Assembly (NCBI GenBank): GCA_964411125.1
Contig: CAYPJU010000014.1
Span: 5,566 to 69,565 of the forward strand
Length of the DNA: 64,000 nt
DNA from: an uncultured Bradymonadales bacterium
Lineage (GTDB): Bacteria > Myxococcota_A > Bradymonadia > Bradymonadales > Bradymonadaceae
Direction of reading: 5' to 3'
The notes under the pieces were generated by a model. The model made no database searches, was not told where the DNA came from, and saw nothing but the letters and a program-made list of their open reading frames with translations. Position 1 is the stretch's first letter. Each line of letters starts with the position of its first letter. Below are positions 19,869 to 28,800 of this stretch, in pieces. The translations under genes were made by a program, and so were the position numbers.

Positions 19869-20380
19869 GTTGGATACCCTGGATCATCACCGTGTTCACG
19901 GTCGGGATCTCGTCGATGCTCATCGCAGCGTATCGTCGCAAGGCGGCGCGGTTGCTCGTGGACGCCCGCGAGGAGCACGAGATGCAGGTCCGCCTGCTCG
20001 AGGACGAGAGCGACTCGAGGCTGAGGCGGTTGGAGCGTGAATCGGAGAGCACGAAGACGCTAGTCCGGGACGCACTGGTGGAGGACATTCTGCCGGTGTT
20101 CGATTCGCTCGACATGGCGGCTCGAAGTACGAAAGACCCGGACACTGAGCGCGGGATCTCGTTGGTGCAGGCGGAGCTCGTCGCTGCGCTTCGCAAGCAC
20201 GGCATCGCTCCGATCGAGCCGTCCGCCGGTGAGGCGTACGATCCGGCGCTGCACGAAGCGGCGGAAGTAGTGGAGGTCGCCGACTTCGAGCCGGGTAACA
20301 TCGCTCGTACGTACCGGATTGGGCTTCGGACCTCCGACCGTGTCATCCGCCCGGCGATCGTCGCCGTCGTCCAGAGCTGA
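19865..20380 (+). CDS. membrane-anchored GrpE-like protein (second GrpE paralogue)
   Basis: The inferred TTG at 19865 overlaps the upstream stop by 4 nt. 171 aa. TM helix IPWIITVFTVGISSMLIAAY, then a coiled coil. ILPVFDSLDMA...LRKHGIAPIEPSAGEAYDPALHEA...RPAIVAVV aligns by eye with the GrpE C-terminal half. Confidence 0.6.
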   Translation: MSWIPWIITVFTVGISSMLIAAYRRKAARLLVDAREEHEMQVRLLEDESDSRLRRLERESESTKTLVRDALVEDILPVFDSLDMAARSTKDPDTERGISLVQAELVAALRKHGIAPIEPSAGEAYDPALHEAAEVVEVADFEPGNIARTYRIGLRTSDRVIRPAIVAVVQS

Positions 20381-20409
20381 TCGAGGGCGGAGAGGTCGCC
20401 CGAGTTCTG

Positions 20410-20439
20410 TTGACAGGGGCCGCGAGTTGGGGGTATCAA
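20410..20439 (+). promoter_or_regulatory. candidate sigma70-type promoter for tRNA-Cys (TTGACA-N18-TATCAA)
   Basis: A consensus -35 TTGACA lies at 20410-20415 and TATCAA at 20434-20439. The tRNA 5' end is 11 nt downstream. Confidence 0.4.
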
Positions 20440-20450
20440 CGCCATCCTCT

Positions 20451-20521
20451 GGCGGCGTAGCCAAGTGGTAAGGCAAGGGCCTGCAAAGCCTTGATCACCG
20501 GTTCAAATCCGGTCGCCGCCT
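20451..20521 (+). tRNA. tRNA-Cys (anticodon GCA)
   Basis: Hand-folded cloverleaf. The 7-bp acceptor is GGCGGCG/CGCCGCC. The anticodon loop is CUGCAAA and the T-arm is ACCGG-TTCAAAT-CCGGT. The discriminator is U. CCA is not encoded. Confidence 0.95.
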
Positions 20522-20532
20522 CTCGAAAGACG

Positions 20533-20562
20533 AACCACCCTACCCGGGTGGTTTTTCTTTTT
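20533..20562 (+). terminator. rho-independent terminator after tRNA-Cys
   Basis: The 8-bp stem is AACCACCC/GGGTGGTT with loop TACCC, followed by TTTTTCTTTTT. The structure overlaps the last codons and stop of the convergent gene ending at 20540. Confidence 0.7.
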
Positions 20563-21742
20563 CGGGCTTCCGGAAGGCGCGTCGGATCACGGATTCGGCG
20601 GGCTTCCCGCGGGGGCTGAATCCATCGGGGCCCTCCTCGTCGGTGTTCGAATCGGTGAAAATCTTCCAGAGGAAGACGCCTCCGATCGCTGGCGTCGCGC
20701 GGAGCTCGTCGAGGAAGAGGCGATAGGCGCGGGTCTGCAGGGCGGGATCAGGGTCGGCTGCGTGCTTCTCGGGCCAGGCGTTCGGATGGCGCAGCGCGAG
20801 GGCGGCGGAACGATACCCGACCTCGGTGATCACCAGCGGTTTGTCGGCCCGGCGCGCGACGCCAGACCAGTGGTCGAGATGTTCGCGCAGCGAGGCGCGA
20901 ACTCGCGCGTCGGAGGCCTCGCTGCCATCCACGAGAGGTGGGTAGAACTGCACCCCGACGGAGTCGAGGGCGACCCACACCTTTTCGTCGACGGGCTCGT
21001 TCCAGTTGGCGCTGTAGGTGATGTGCCCGTCGTAGCGTCGGCGGACTCTGGCGGCGAGGGCAACGAGTCGTTCGGGCGCGTGCTGCACGGCGGTATGAAG
21101 CTCGAGCCCGATCACCAACGCATCGAGCTGTAGCCGCTGCGCGAGGTCGGCGTAGAAGAGGATCCATTCGTCGTGGCTGTCCCACCACCCGTCCCAGTCG
21201 AGCTCCCCTCGGTCGTTCTTCGGCTGGATCGCCCCGCGCCACTTTCCGCCTCGGATCCAGATGTGCGGCTTCAGCATGACCCGGAGTCCGCGTTCGCGCG
21301 CCTGCCGCGTGACGGCGACCAGGCGCTCGACCTTCTCGGAGCCTCGGGGCGCGTCGTCGGTGTGCTCGCCGCGCACGAAGTTCGCTTCCGTGTCGGGCAT
21401 GAACCCGAACGGCGTGATCGAAATCCAGTCGTAATTGTGATCGACGAGGTAGTCGAGCGCATCGGCGCTCGCGTCGGTGCCGTACCCTCGCTCTCCGTCG
21501 TCTTGCCAGTTGTGGGCGAAACAGGCACCGCGCCACACTTGGGCCGGGAGAGGACGGACGCCCGGTTCGGCGGGAGTCTGAAGGCGCGGCTGCGCGGGAA
21601 GCTCTCTGGGGGTCGCGGGGCGTTCACATCCCGCGACGAGGCTCACGAGCAGTCCGACGACGACCGAGACGGTCGCCCCTTGCGAGGCCCTCCGAGGCGG
21701 GCTAAAACCCGGGTCCCCTACGCGGTAGTTAGTCCGATGCAC
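20540..21742 (-). CDS. clan GH-A (TIM-barrel) glycoside hydrolase lipoprotein
   Basis: Only the C-terminal half of the 799-aa track ORF looks real. It has a lipobox (VVVGLLVSLVAGC). Candidate catalytic Glu residues lie in VIGLELH and PLVITEVGY. The start is uncertain: the only nearby canonical start is GTG 21742, which overlaps the divergent gene start. Confidence 0.6.
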   Translation of the reverse strand: MHRTNYRVGDPGFSPPRRASQGATVSVVVGLLVSLVAGCERPATPRELPAQPRLQTPAEPGVRPLPAQVWRGACFAHNWQDDGERGYGTDASADALDYLVDHNYDWISITPFGFMPDTEANFVRGEHTDDAPRGSEKVERLVAVTRQARERGLRVMLKPHIWIRGGKWRGAIQPKNDRGELDWDGWWDSHDEWILFYADLAQRLQLDALVIGLELHTAVQHAPERLVALAARVRRRYDGHITYSANWNEPVDEKVWVALDSVGVQFYPPLVDGSEASDARVRASLREHLDHWSGVARRADKPLVITEVGYRSAALALRHPNAWPEKHAADPDPALQTRAYRLFLDELRATPAIGGVFLWKIFTDSNTDEEGPDGFSPRGKPAESVIRRAFRKPEKEKPPG

Positions 21743-22915
21743 GATCCCGATTCCAGCTACGACGAGTATGGCTTCGACACCCGGGCGATTCACGCCGGGC
21801 AGTCTCCGGAGCCTCACACCGGCGCCATCATGACGCCGATTTTCCAAACTTCGACCTACGTCCAGCGAAGTCCGGGAGAGCATACCGGATTCGAGTACAG
21901 CAGGACGCAAAATCCTACGCGTCACGCGCTGGAGGATTGCATCGCGAGCCTCGAGAAGGGTCGTCACGGGATCGCGTTCGCCTCGGGATGTGCGGCGACG
22001 GCGACGATTCTTCACATGCTGCCGCCGGGCGCGCACGTCGTGAGCGGCGACGACATCTACGGGGGAACGTACCGGCTCTTCACGCGCGTGCTCGACGATC
22101 GCGACCTCGATTTCTCGTTCGTCGACACGACGGATCTCGACCTGTTCGAAGCGAGCCTTCGAGACGACACGAAGCTGGTGTGGCTCGAGACCCCGACCAA
22201 TCCGCTGCTCAAGATCAGCGACATCGCGCGACTCTGCGAGATCGCTCACGCGCGCGACATTCCGGTGGTGGTCGACAACACTTTCATGAGCCCCTACTTC
22301 CAGACGCCGCTCGAGCTCGGGGCGGACATCGTGGTGCACTCGATGACGAAGTTCATCAACGGGCATTCCGACGTCGTCGCCGGGATGGTGGTGACGAACG
22401 ACGACGCGACCGCCGAGAAGCTCCACTTCCTGCAGAATTCGATCGGAGCAGTGCCGGGGCCGATGGACTCGTGGCTGGTCTTGCGCGGAGTGAAGACGCT
22501 CGGCGTTCGAATGCGCCAACACGAAGCGAACGCGAAGCGAATCGCGGCCTACCTGAACGAACACGAAGCGGTCGAACGGGTGATCTATCCGGGGCTCGAG
22601 TCGCACCCTCAGCACGAGATCGCGAAGCGGCAGATGTCGGGTTTCGGCGGGATGATCACGTTCTTTCTTCGCGGCGGACTCGACGCAGCGCGCACGCTGT
22701 TGGAGTCGGTGGAGGTGTTCGCGCTCGCCGAATCGCTGGGTGGTGTGGAGAGCCTGATCGAGCACCCTGCCATCATGACGCACGCGTCGGTCCCCGCCGA
22801 CGTACGGGCCGAGCTCGGCATTTCGGACTCGATGGTTCGGCTCTCCGTCGGCATCGAGGACGGCGACGACCTCTTGAAGGACCTCGACCGGGCGTTCGGG
22901 AAGCTTCGCGGGTGA
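21737..22915 (+). CDS. Cys/Met-metabolism PLP-dependent enzyme (cystathionine gamma-synthase / beta- or gamma-lyase family)
   Basis: 392 aa from ATG 21737. Motifs are TRAIHAGQ, TPIFQTSTY and the PLP-lysine motif HSMTKFINGHSD. The C-terminal ESLGGVESLIEHPAIMTHAS block is present. Confidence 0.9.
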   Translation: MHDPDSSYDEYGFDTRAIHAGQSPEPHTGAIMTPIFQTSTYVQRSPGEHTGFEYSRTQNPTRHALEDCIASLEKGRHGIAFASGCAATATILHMLPPGAHVVSGDDIYGGTYRLFTRVLDDRDLDFSFVDTTDLDLFEASLRDDTKLVWLETPTNPLLKISDIARLCEIAHARDIPVVVDNTFMSPYFQTPLELGADIVVHSMTKFINGHSDVVAGMVVTNDDATAEKLHFLQNSIGAVPGPMDSWLVLRGVKTLGVRMRQHEANAKRIAAYLNEHEAVERVIYPGLESHPQHEIAKRQMSGFGGMITFFLRGGLDAARTLLESVEVFALAESLGGVESLIEHPAIMTHASVPADVRAELGISDSMVRLSVGIEDGDDLLKDLDRAFGKLRG

Positions 22916-23775
22916 AGCTGGGCGCTCACGAATCGGCATCGGGCGGACCCCATCGCGCCATCGAACGCGCCGTGGCAGACGGCTGTGAGGCGGTCCAGCT
23001 CTTCACCAAGAACAACAACCGTTGGAAGCAGCGAGCGTGGACCGACGCGGAGGTGGAGCTGTTCCGCGCCGCGTCGGCGGAGCATCCCGACCTCGGCCTC
23101 GTCGCTCATTCGGCGTACCTCATCAACCTCTGCTCGGCGACCGACGCCGTGTGCGAGAAGTCACGTGCCGCGTTGGCAGACGAGATGACGCGGTGCCAGC
23201 AGCTCGGGATCTCGTCGCTGGTCATGCATCCCGGAGCCCCGGGTGCGACGCGGAACGAGTGGGACGGTGTCAGCGAAGTGGCGGTAGCCATCGACGCGGT
23301 ATTCGACGAGTTCGGAGCGGACTTCCCGGACGTGAGGCTGCTGCTGGAGAACACGGCGGGTCAGGGGTCCAACCTCGGATGGAGGTACGAACATCTGCGC
23401 GACGTCCTGGCGCTACTGCGGTACGTCGATCGGGTCGGGGTCTGCTTCGATACGTGCCACGCTTTCGCGGCGGGTTACGATTTTCGGGATCAGGCGAGCT
23501 ACGACGCGCACTGGGAACACTTCGACGAGGTGGTGGGGGTAGCGTTGGTCGAGGCCTTCCACCTCAACGACTCGAAGCGCGAGCTCGGGTCTCGCGTCGA
23601 CCGGCACGAGCATCCGGGGGACGGCGAGATCGGGATCGAGGCGTTCCGCCTGCTGGTCAACGACGTGCGCTTCGCGGGCGTCCCTGCCCTCCTCGAGACG
23701 CCTCCGATGGACGAGGACGCCGACGGCGGCTACGCGGAGAACGTCGCGATCTTGAAAGCCCTCCGCGAGGGGTGA
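22912..23775 (+). CDS. nfo: deoxyribonuclease IV (endonuclease IV)
   Basis: The inferred GTG at 22912 overlaps the upstream stop (GTGA). 287 aa. HSAYLINL, LVMHPG, LLLENTAGQGS, CFDTCHAFAAGYD, FHLNDSK and DRHEHPGDGEIG are the AP-endonuclease 2 family motifs. Confidence 0.9.
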   Translation: MKLGAHESASGGPHRAIERAVADGCEAVQLFTKNNNRWKQRAWTDAEVELFRAASAEHPDLGLVAHSAYLINLCSATDAVCEKSRAALADEMTRCQQLGISSLVMHPGAPGATRNEWDGVSEVAVAIDAVFDEFGADFPDVRLLLENTAGQGSNLGWRYEHLRDVLALLRYVDRVGVCFDTCHAFAAGYDFRDQASYDAHWEHFDEVVGVALVEAFHLNDSKRELGSRVDRHEHPGDGEIGIEAFRLLVNDVRFAGVPALLETPPMDEDADGGYAENVAILKALREG

Positions 23776-23818
23776 GAGCGGGCTGGCCTCCCCACGTCGC
23801 CCACCCTATTGTGGGCCG

Positions 23819-25846
23819 ATGCAGCTCCCTTCCGTCGGCGAAACGTTCCAGGACCGATACGAAATCCGCTCGGTCCTCGGCCAGGGCGGCGCGGGCGTAG
23901 TGTACGGAGCGCGCGACCTGCGGTCCGGCCGCGACGTGGCTCTGAAGATCCTCGTGCCCCCGCCCGAGGGATACGACCGGACCACGGTGAGCAGGTTTCA
24001 CCGAGAGGTGAAGATCGTCGCGAACCTGCGAAGTCCTTCGACGGTCACGCTCTACGACTCGGGAGAGACGGTCGCTGGATTGCTCTTCATGGCGTGCGAA
24101 TACATCGTGGGGAGAGATCTCGAAGAGGTCATCTTCGGTGGTGAGCCTCTCTCGGAGGCCGTGGTGGGGCACGTACTGGTGCAACTGCTCGACGCGTTGC
24201 GCGAGGCCCATTCGTTGGGTCTGCTTCATCGAGACGTCAAGCCCGCGAACATTCGAATCTTTCAGCACCTCGACGATCGCTATCGGGCGAAGCTGCTCGA
24301 CTTCGGGATCGCCCGCTTCGAGAACCCTGACCATACGCAACTGACGATGGAGGGGGGGCTCGTCGGGACCCCGCCCTTCATGGCCCCCGAACAGATCCGG
24401 GGCCAGGCGCTGTCGCCCGCCACCGACCTCTACGCCCTCGGGTTGGTCGCCTACGAAATGCTGACGGGTCGGGCTGCGGTCGAAGGTGCGTCGCCATACG
24501 AGGTGTTCGAGCGACATCTTCGAGGGCGTCCGATAGCGCTACCAGCAGGGCTCCAGATCTCCGCGGGCCTGCGCGCGGTCGTGGACAAGATGGTCAGGCG
24601 CGACCCGGACGAGCGCTTTCAGAGCGCCGCCGAAGTCCTGGAAGCGTTGGGGAGGCTCGACCTCTCGCCGGAATCGATCCCAACGGGCGAGTCGGTTCGC
24701 GGGGACGAGCCTCCGACGTTGGACGAGGCCATCGGGCCCGCCGAGCCGCCGGGAACCCGCCGCGCAGCAGTTTTCCTGGCTTCGCTTCTGGGGCTCGCCG
24801 CAGTCTGCGGAGGGGGGGCGTTCGCATGGTTCGCGAGCTCAGACCGCGAGGTACCAGCATCGGCGCCGACTCCGGCTCCGGGCGCAACCGAGGTGCTCGG
24901 CGAGGGGACTGCGGACGAAGAGAGCGTGGAGGCGCTGAAGGTCGAATTCGCCGGGAAGCACGCGCGACGTGCTCTCCGGGCGGCGTTGCTGGAGGCGACG
25001 GCGGGGGCCGTCGGCGGCTGCGCATTGGCTCCTCCCCCCCAATCGGTGGGGGGAACGGTCACGGTGGACGGCGAAGTGCGGCGATATCTCGTGCGCACCC
25101 CGACGAACGGCGAGTCGCAGCGACCCCGCCCGGTCGTGCTGATGTTCCCGACTAACGCTACGCGCCAACCAGACCTGGGGGACTTCGCGCGGCACTCCGA
25201 GATCTACGGGGCCGCCGACCGGCACGGGTTCGTGGTCGTCAGTCTGTTGAGTCCGGCGGTCCCCATGACGCCCAACTGGACGAATCGCCCGATGGAAGTT
25301 CGCTACGTGCGGTCCGTCGTCGAAGCGATCGCGAAGACGCACTGCGTCGACGAGCAGCGCATCTACGCGCTCGGGCACGGGCTGGGCGCGGATTTCCTCG
25401 ACGTGGCGGGGTGTCGACTTCCGGTGGCCGCGATCGTGACGAACGCGGCGATCGGCGATCCGGTCCGGAGGAATTGCGAGGGAAGGCCGATGCCTCACAT
25501 GCACCTTCGGGGGCGAAACAACAGGCTTCATCCCCCTTCGGGGACCCCCGCCAACTGCGCCGGAGATACGACGCCGTCACTTGCAGCCTTCAACGCGCCG
25601 TGGCTGAAATTGAACGAGTGCGCCGAGACGTGGGAGACGATCGAGCTTCATCCGGCCGTCGACTGCCGTCGCGCGAAGGACTGCCGCGCGCCCTACGTGG
25701 TGTGCGAGCACCCCGACGGCTACGAGTGGCGCTCGACCCCGCTCGAAGAAGCATTCCGCCCGGAATGCCTGCGCCCTGCGATGAGTTTCGACGGCGCCGA
25801 GGTGGCGTGGCGATTTTTCGAGCAGCAGACGAAGTCGGACCGGTGA
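23819..25846 (+). CDS. Ser/Thr protein kinase with TM segment and extracytoplasmic degenerate esterase (PHB-depolymerase/LpqC-like) domain
   Basis: 675 aa. Kinase motifs are GQGGAGVVY, VALKIL, HRDVKPANI, DFGIAR and GTPPFMAPE. The hydrophobic segment is AAVFLASLLGLAAVCGGGAFAWF. The C-domain reads VDGEVRRYLVRTP...RIYALGHGLGADF, where the family normally has GLSNGG. Confidence 0.85.
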   Translation: MQLPSVGETFQDRYEIRSVLGQGGAGVVYGARDLRSGRDVALKILVPPPEGYDRTTVSRFHREVKIVANLRSPSTVTLYDSGETVAGLLFMACEYIVGRDLEEVIFGGEPLSEAVVGHVLVQLLDALREAHSLGLLHRDVKPANIRIFQHLDDRYRAKLLDFGIARFENPDHTQLTMEGGLVGTPPFMAPEQIRGQALSPATDLYALGLVAYEMLTGRAAVEGASPYEVFERHLRGRPIALPAGLQISAGLRAVVDKMVRRDPDERFQSAAEVLEALGRLDLSPESIPTGESVRGDEPPTLDEAIGPAEPPGTRRAAVFLASLLGLAAVCGGGAFAWFASSDREVPASAPTPAPGATEVLGEGTADEESVEALKVEFAGKHARRALRAALLEATAGAVGGCALAPPPQSVGGTVTVDGEVRRYLVRTPTNGESQRPRPVVLMFPTNATRQPDLGDFARHSEIYGAADRHGFVVVSLLSPAVPMTPNWTNRPMEVRYVRSVVEAIAKTHCVDEQRIYALGHGLGADFLDVAGCRLPVAAIVTNAAIGDPVRRNCEGRPMPHMHLRGRNNRLHPPSGTPANCAGDTTPSLAAFNAPWLKLNECAETWETIELHPAVDCRRAKDCRAPYVVCEHPDGYEWRSTPLEEAFRPECLRPAMSFDGAEVAWRFFEQQTKSDR

Positions 25847-25880
25847 GTCTTTTTGTCGGTCGGTGCGGGGCCCCGCGAAT

Positions 25881-28800
25881 CTAGTAGATGTCCCAGAAGA
25901 TGTTGGTCTCCCCCGCCCCGCGGGTCCCGGCCTCCACCTCGATGAGCCAGCGCCTGGAGAGCCGATACTCGATGTTGAGTTCGGCAGCGTTCTCGTTGGC
26001 GTCAGCGCCGACTTTCGCCTCGATACTGAAGAAGAACGGGCCAACGTATCGTCCGACCTCGAAGGTCGGGTCGGCGAATCCCTCGTCGCCGGCCTCGACG
26101 CGAACGTTGAAACCAGGGACGACCTGCGCGAGTTGGTCTTCGAGGAATGTCGCGGCGAGGCCACTCGCGGCGCCGGCAGCGATGTCGGACGCTCCGGACT
26201 GTCCGACCTCGGCCTCGTTCGGCGGTCGGTTGGTGAGGAGAGTGTAGATCACGTCCTCCTCGGGAAGCTCCGGGTCGGAGTAGAAACGAATCTGGGGGTC
26301 GTCGGTTCGCCCCGTGACGCGAACGATGGCGTGCGGCTCCCCGTCGGAGGCAGTGCCGAGAGCAGAAGCGACGTTCCGGTCGTAGCTGTAGCGGGCTTCG
26401 ATCTGCAGGAGCGGGTTGGGCGGGTTTGCGCCGGTGAAAGTCACGATTCCCTCCTCGATCACGAACCGGCGCCCGAACACCTCGGCCTCGCCCCGCACGG
26501 TGCGGATGTCTCCGCCGAGCAGCGCTCCGCTCGAGAGGAGTTCCACGTCGACCTCGCCTTTGATCTCGACCTCGGCGAAGGGATGGCGGATCCAACTGTT
26601 CGGCTCGATCTCGACGACCATCCGAGCGTACGGTCGCCGCGAAGCGGCCGCTGCGGCATCGTCGAAGGTGAAGAGGTCGCTCGACCGTCGCTTGTTCTTC
26701 ACGATGACGATGTCGGAGTCGAGGGAGGTGGGATGCAGGGTCGTCGAGCTGGTCTCCGGGATGACGACCTCCAGCTTGGAGACGAGAGCGCGCGCGTCGG
26801 CGGACGTTCCGGAGAGGTTACCGGTGGCGTCGACGTCCGCGCTGACGAACGCGGTGATGTCGGCGAAGCCCGCGATGCTGAGGCTTCGGAGCTGGGCGGC
26901 GAGGTCGATCTCGCCCGGCTCGAACCCGTTCATCCGAAGGGTTCCGTCCGCCTTTGCGTAGCCACGTTCGTCGCGCAGGTAGAGGGTCTTCACATCGACG
27001 AGCCCCTGCCTGTCGATGGCGAGGTCGACCTGAATGTCGCGGAAGAACCGCGAGAACCCGGTCAGAAACATCTCGCCGTTACGGACCTGGAGCGCACCGA
27101 CGACGACGGGTTGTTCGAAGGTGCCGGACAGCTCGAGGTCGACATCGAGCTCCCCGTCGACTTCCTGGACCCAGTCTTCGAGGATTTCCCGGGGGAGGAG
27201 CCCGCCGACGTTGACGTCGTTTCCGAGTAGGCGCCCAGATATCTCGCCGTCGAGGAAGGTCTCGACCGGCTCTTCGGACTGCATCCAGCGGGCGAGATCG
27301 AGCTGCACGGGGAGCGAGGCGACCGCTTCCAGGACGGCATCGGGTCCGTGGCAGATTCGGACGTCGGCGTTGGCGCGGTTGTCCGAAGCATCGATCTCGA
27401 TGGCGACGGTGCCGCGGGACTTGTCCTGAAACTCGAAGTCGTTGATCGAAACGCGACTGTCGATGACGGGTGCGGCCATTGTCCCGCCGGCCTCGAGGTA
27501 GCCCTGAATCTCGCCCCGGAGGTTCGCGAATCCGTAGTCGACGGCGCTGAACTTACGGAGCGGAAGCGGCATCAACTGCGCGGTGAAGTCGAGCGGAACG
27601 GCGGCGATGTCCGTGTTTCCGAAGATGATCGCGAACGGCGTGGGGAGTCGCCCTCGCGCCTCGAGGATCGGTGAAGCGTCCCACTCGAGAGTAACCGAGC
27701 GGACCTCGGCGAGTTCTCGCGACAGGGACGCGTCGAGGTCGAGGTAGATATCGCGGTATCGGTCCCAGCCGAAGTCGTCGAGCCCGAGGCGGATTTCGGC
27801 GTCGGGCTGGGAGACGGTGCCTTCGCCTTCGAGTTCGAGGTCGATGAACCCCTCGACGTCGGCGCGCTGCAAGGGGCCTACTCGCAAGTTTCGCAGGTCG
27901 AACTTCTCGGCACTCGCCGAGAACGAGACGGGCGCGTTCTCGAGCCGGCTGGCCCAATCGACGGTGGCTCCCTCGAGCATCTCCCGTATCCAGTCCGCGA
28001 TGGGAGCGCGAACGCGAGCTTTCGCTTCGAAGGGCTTCTCCTTCTGGAACGCGAGGGCGCCTCGGAAGAAAAGCCCGGAGTCGGCTCGAGCGCTGGGGAA
28101 GTAGCTGAGTTCGATGTTCGAGGTGGCCGGGCCGAAATCGTAGGGAGCGCCCTGCGCTTCGCCGCTGGCGGTGACGTCCTCGATGTCGACGACGGTTCGC
28201 AGGACGGGGGCGTCGACTTGACCGCGCAGCTCTGCGACGGCCTTCGCAGTACCTCCGAGGTCCATGTCCGCGAGGTCGGGGAGCGGGCGGCTGAGCGCCG
28301 AGATGGGGAACTCGGGTACGGTCAGCGTCGCGGAGAGGTTTCGACGGCGTAGGAACTCGACGTTGAAGGAGGCGTCGACGTCGACGGGAATCTCTGCGAC
28401 GGCGTTGAGAAGTTCGAGATCGTAGCCGGTGACGACCCCCTTCTGGAGGCGGAGGAGCTCCTGATCGTAGCTCCCCTGGAGCGCGATGGTGAAGGGCCCC
28501 CACTCCTGCCACATGACGTCGGAGAGCACGATGTCGAAAGTGCTGGTGGGATCGTCGTGGGTGCCGCCCAGGGCGACGGATCCGTCGGCGGTCGCGGAGA
28601 AGTCCTCCAACCCGGTGACTCCGAACTGCGACGCCAGCTCTCCGAGCTTCAGATTCTCGAGCTCGGCCTGCAAGTCTTGGTCGACCCCGGAGCGGTACGT
28701 ACCGTCGACCCGCACGCGCTGGGTGGTCCCGTCCGCGGCGGGCTTCGTGAGAGTGAGGTCGCGGAACTCGAAGACCCCTTCCTTCACGTCGGCGCGGAAC

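Noticed and set aside
20381-21742. tRNA-Cys as the attachment site of an integrated element.
   Set aside because: No integrase, excisionase or phage/plasmid genes are present. No repeat of the tRNA 3' end is visible downstream. The flanking genes are ordinary chromosomal genes.
21743-22939. The N-terminal 399 residues of the 799-aa minus-strand ORF ending at 20540.
   Set aside because: This part is antisense to the highly conserved Cys/Met PLP enzyme and has shadow-ORF composition. Only the part from the lipoprotein signal onward looks like a real protein.
25864-25875. The palindrome GCGGGGCCCCGC between the convergent kinase and tamB genes, considered as a bidirectional terminator.
   Set aside because: It is a 6-bp stem with no loop and has no adjoining T- or A-tract in the correct orientation. 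I cannot support a terminator call.
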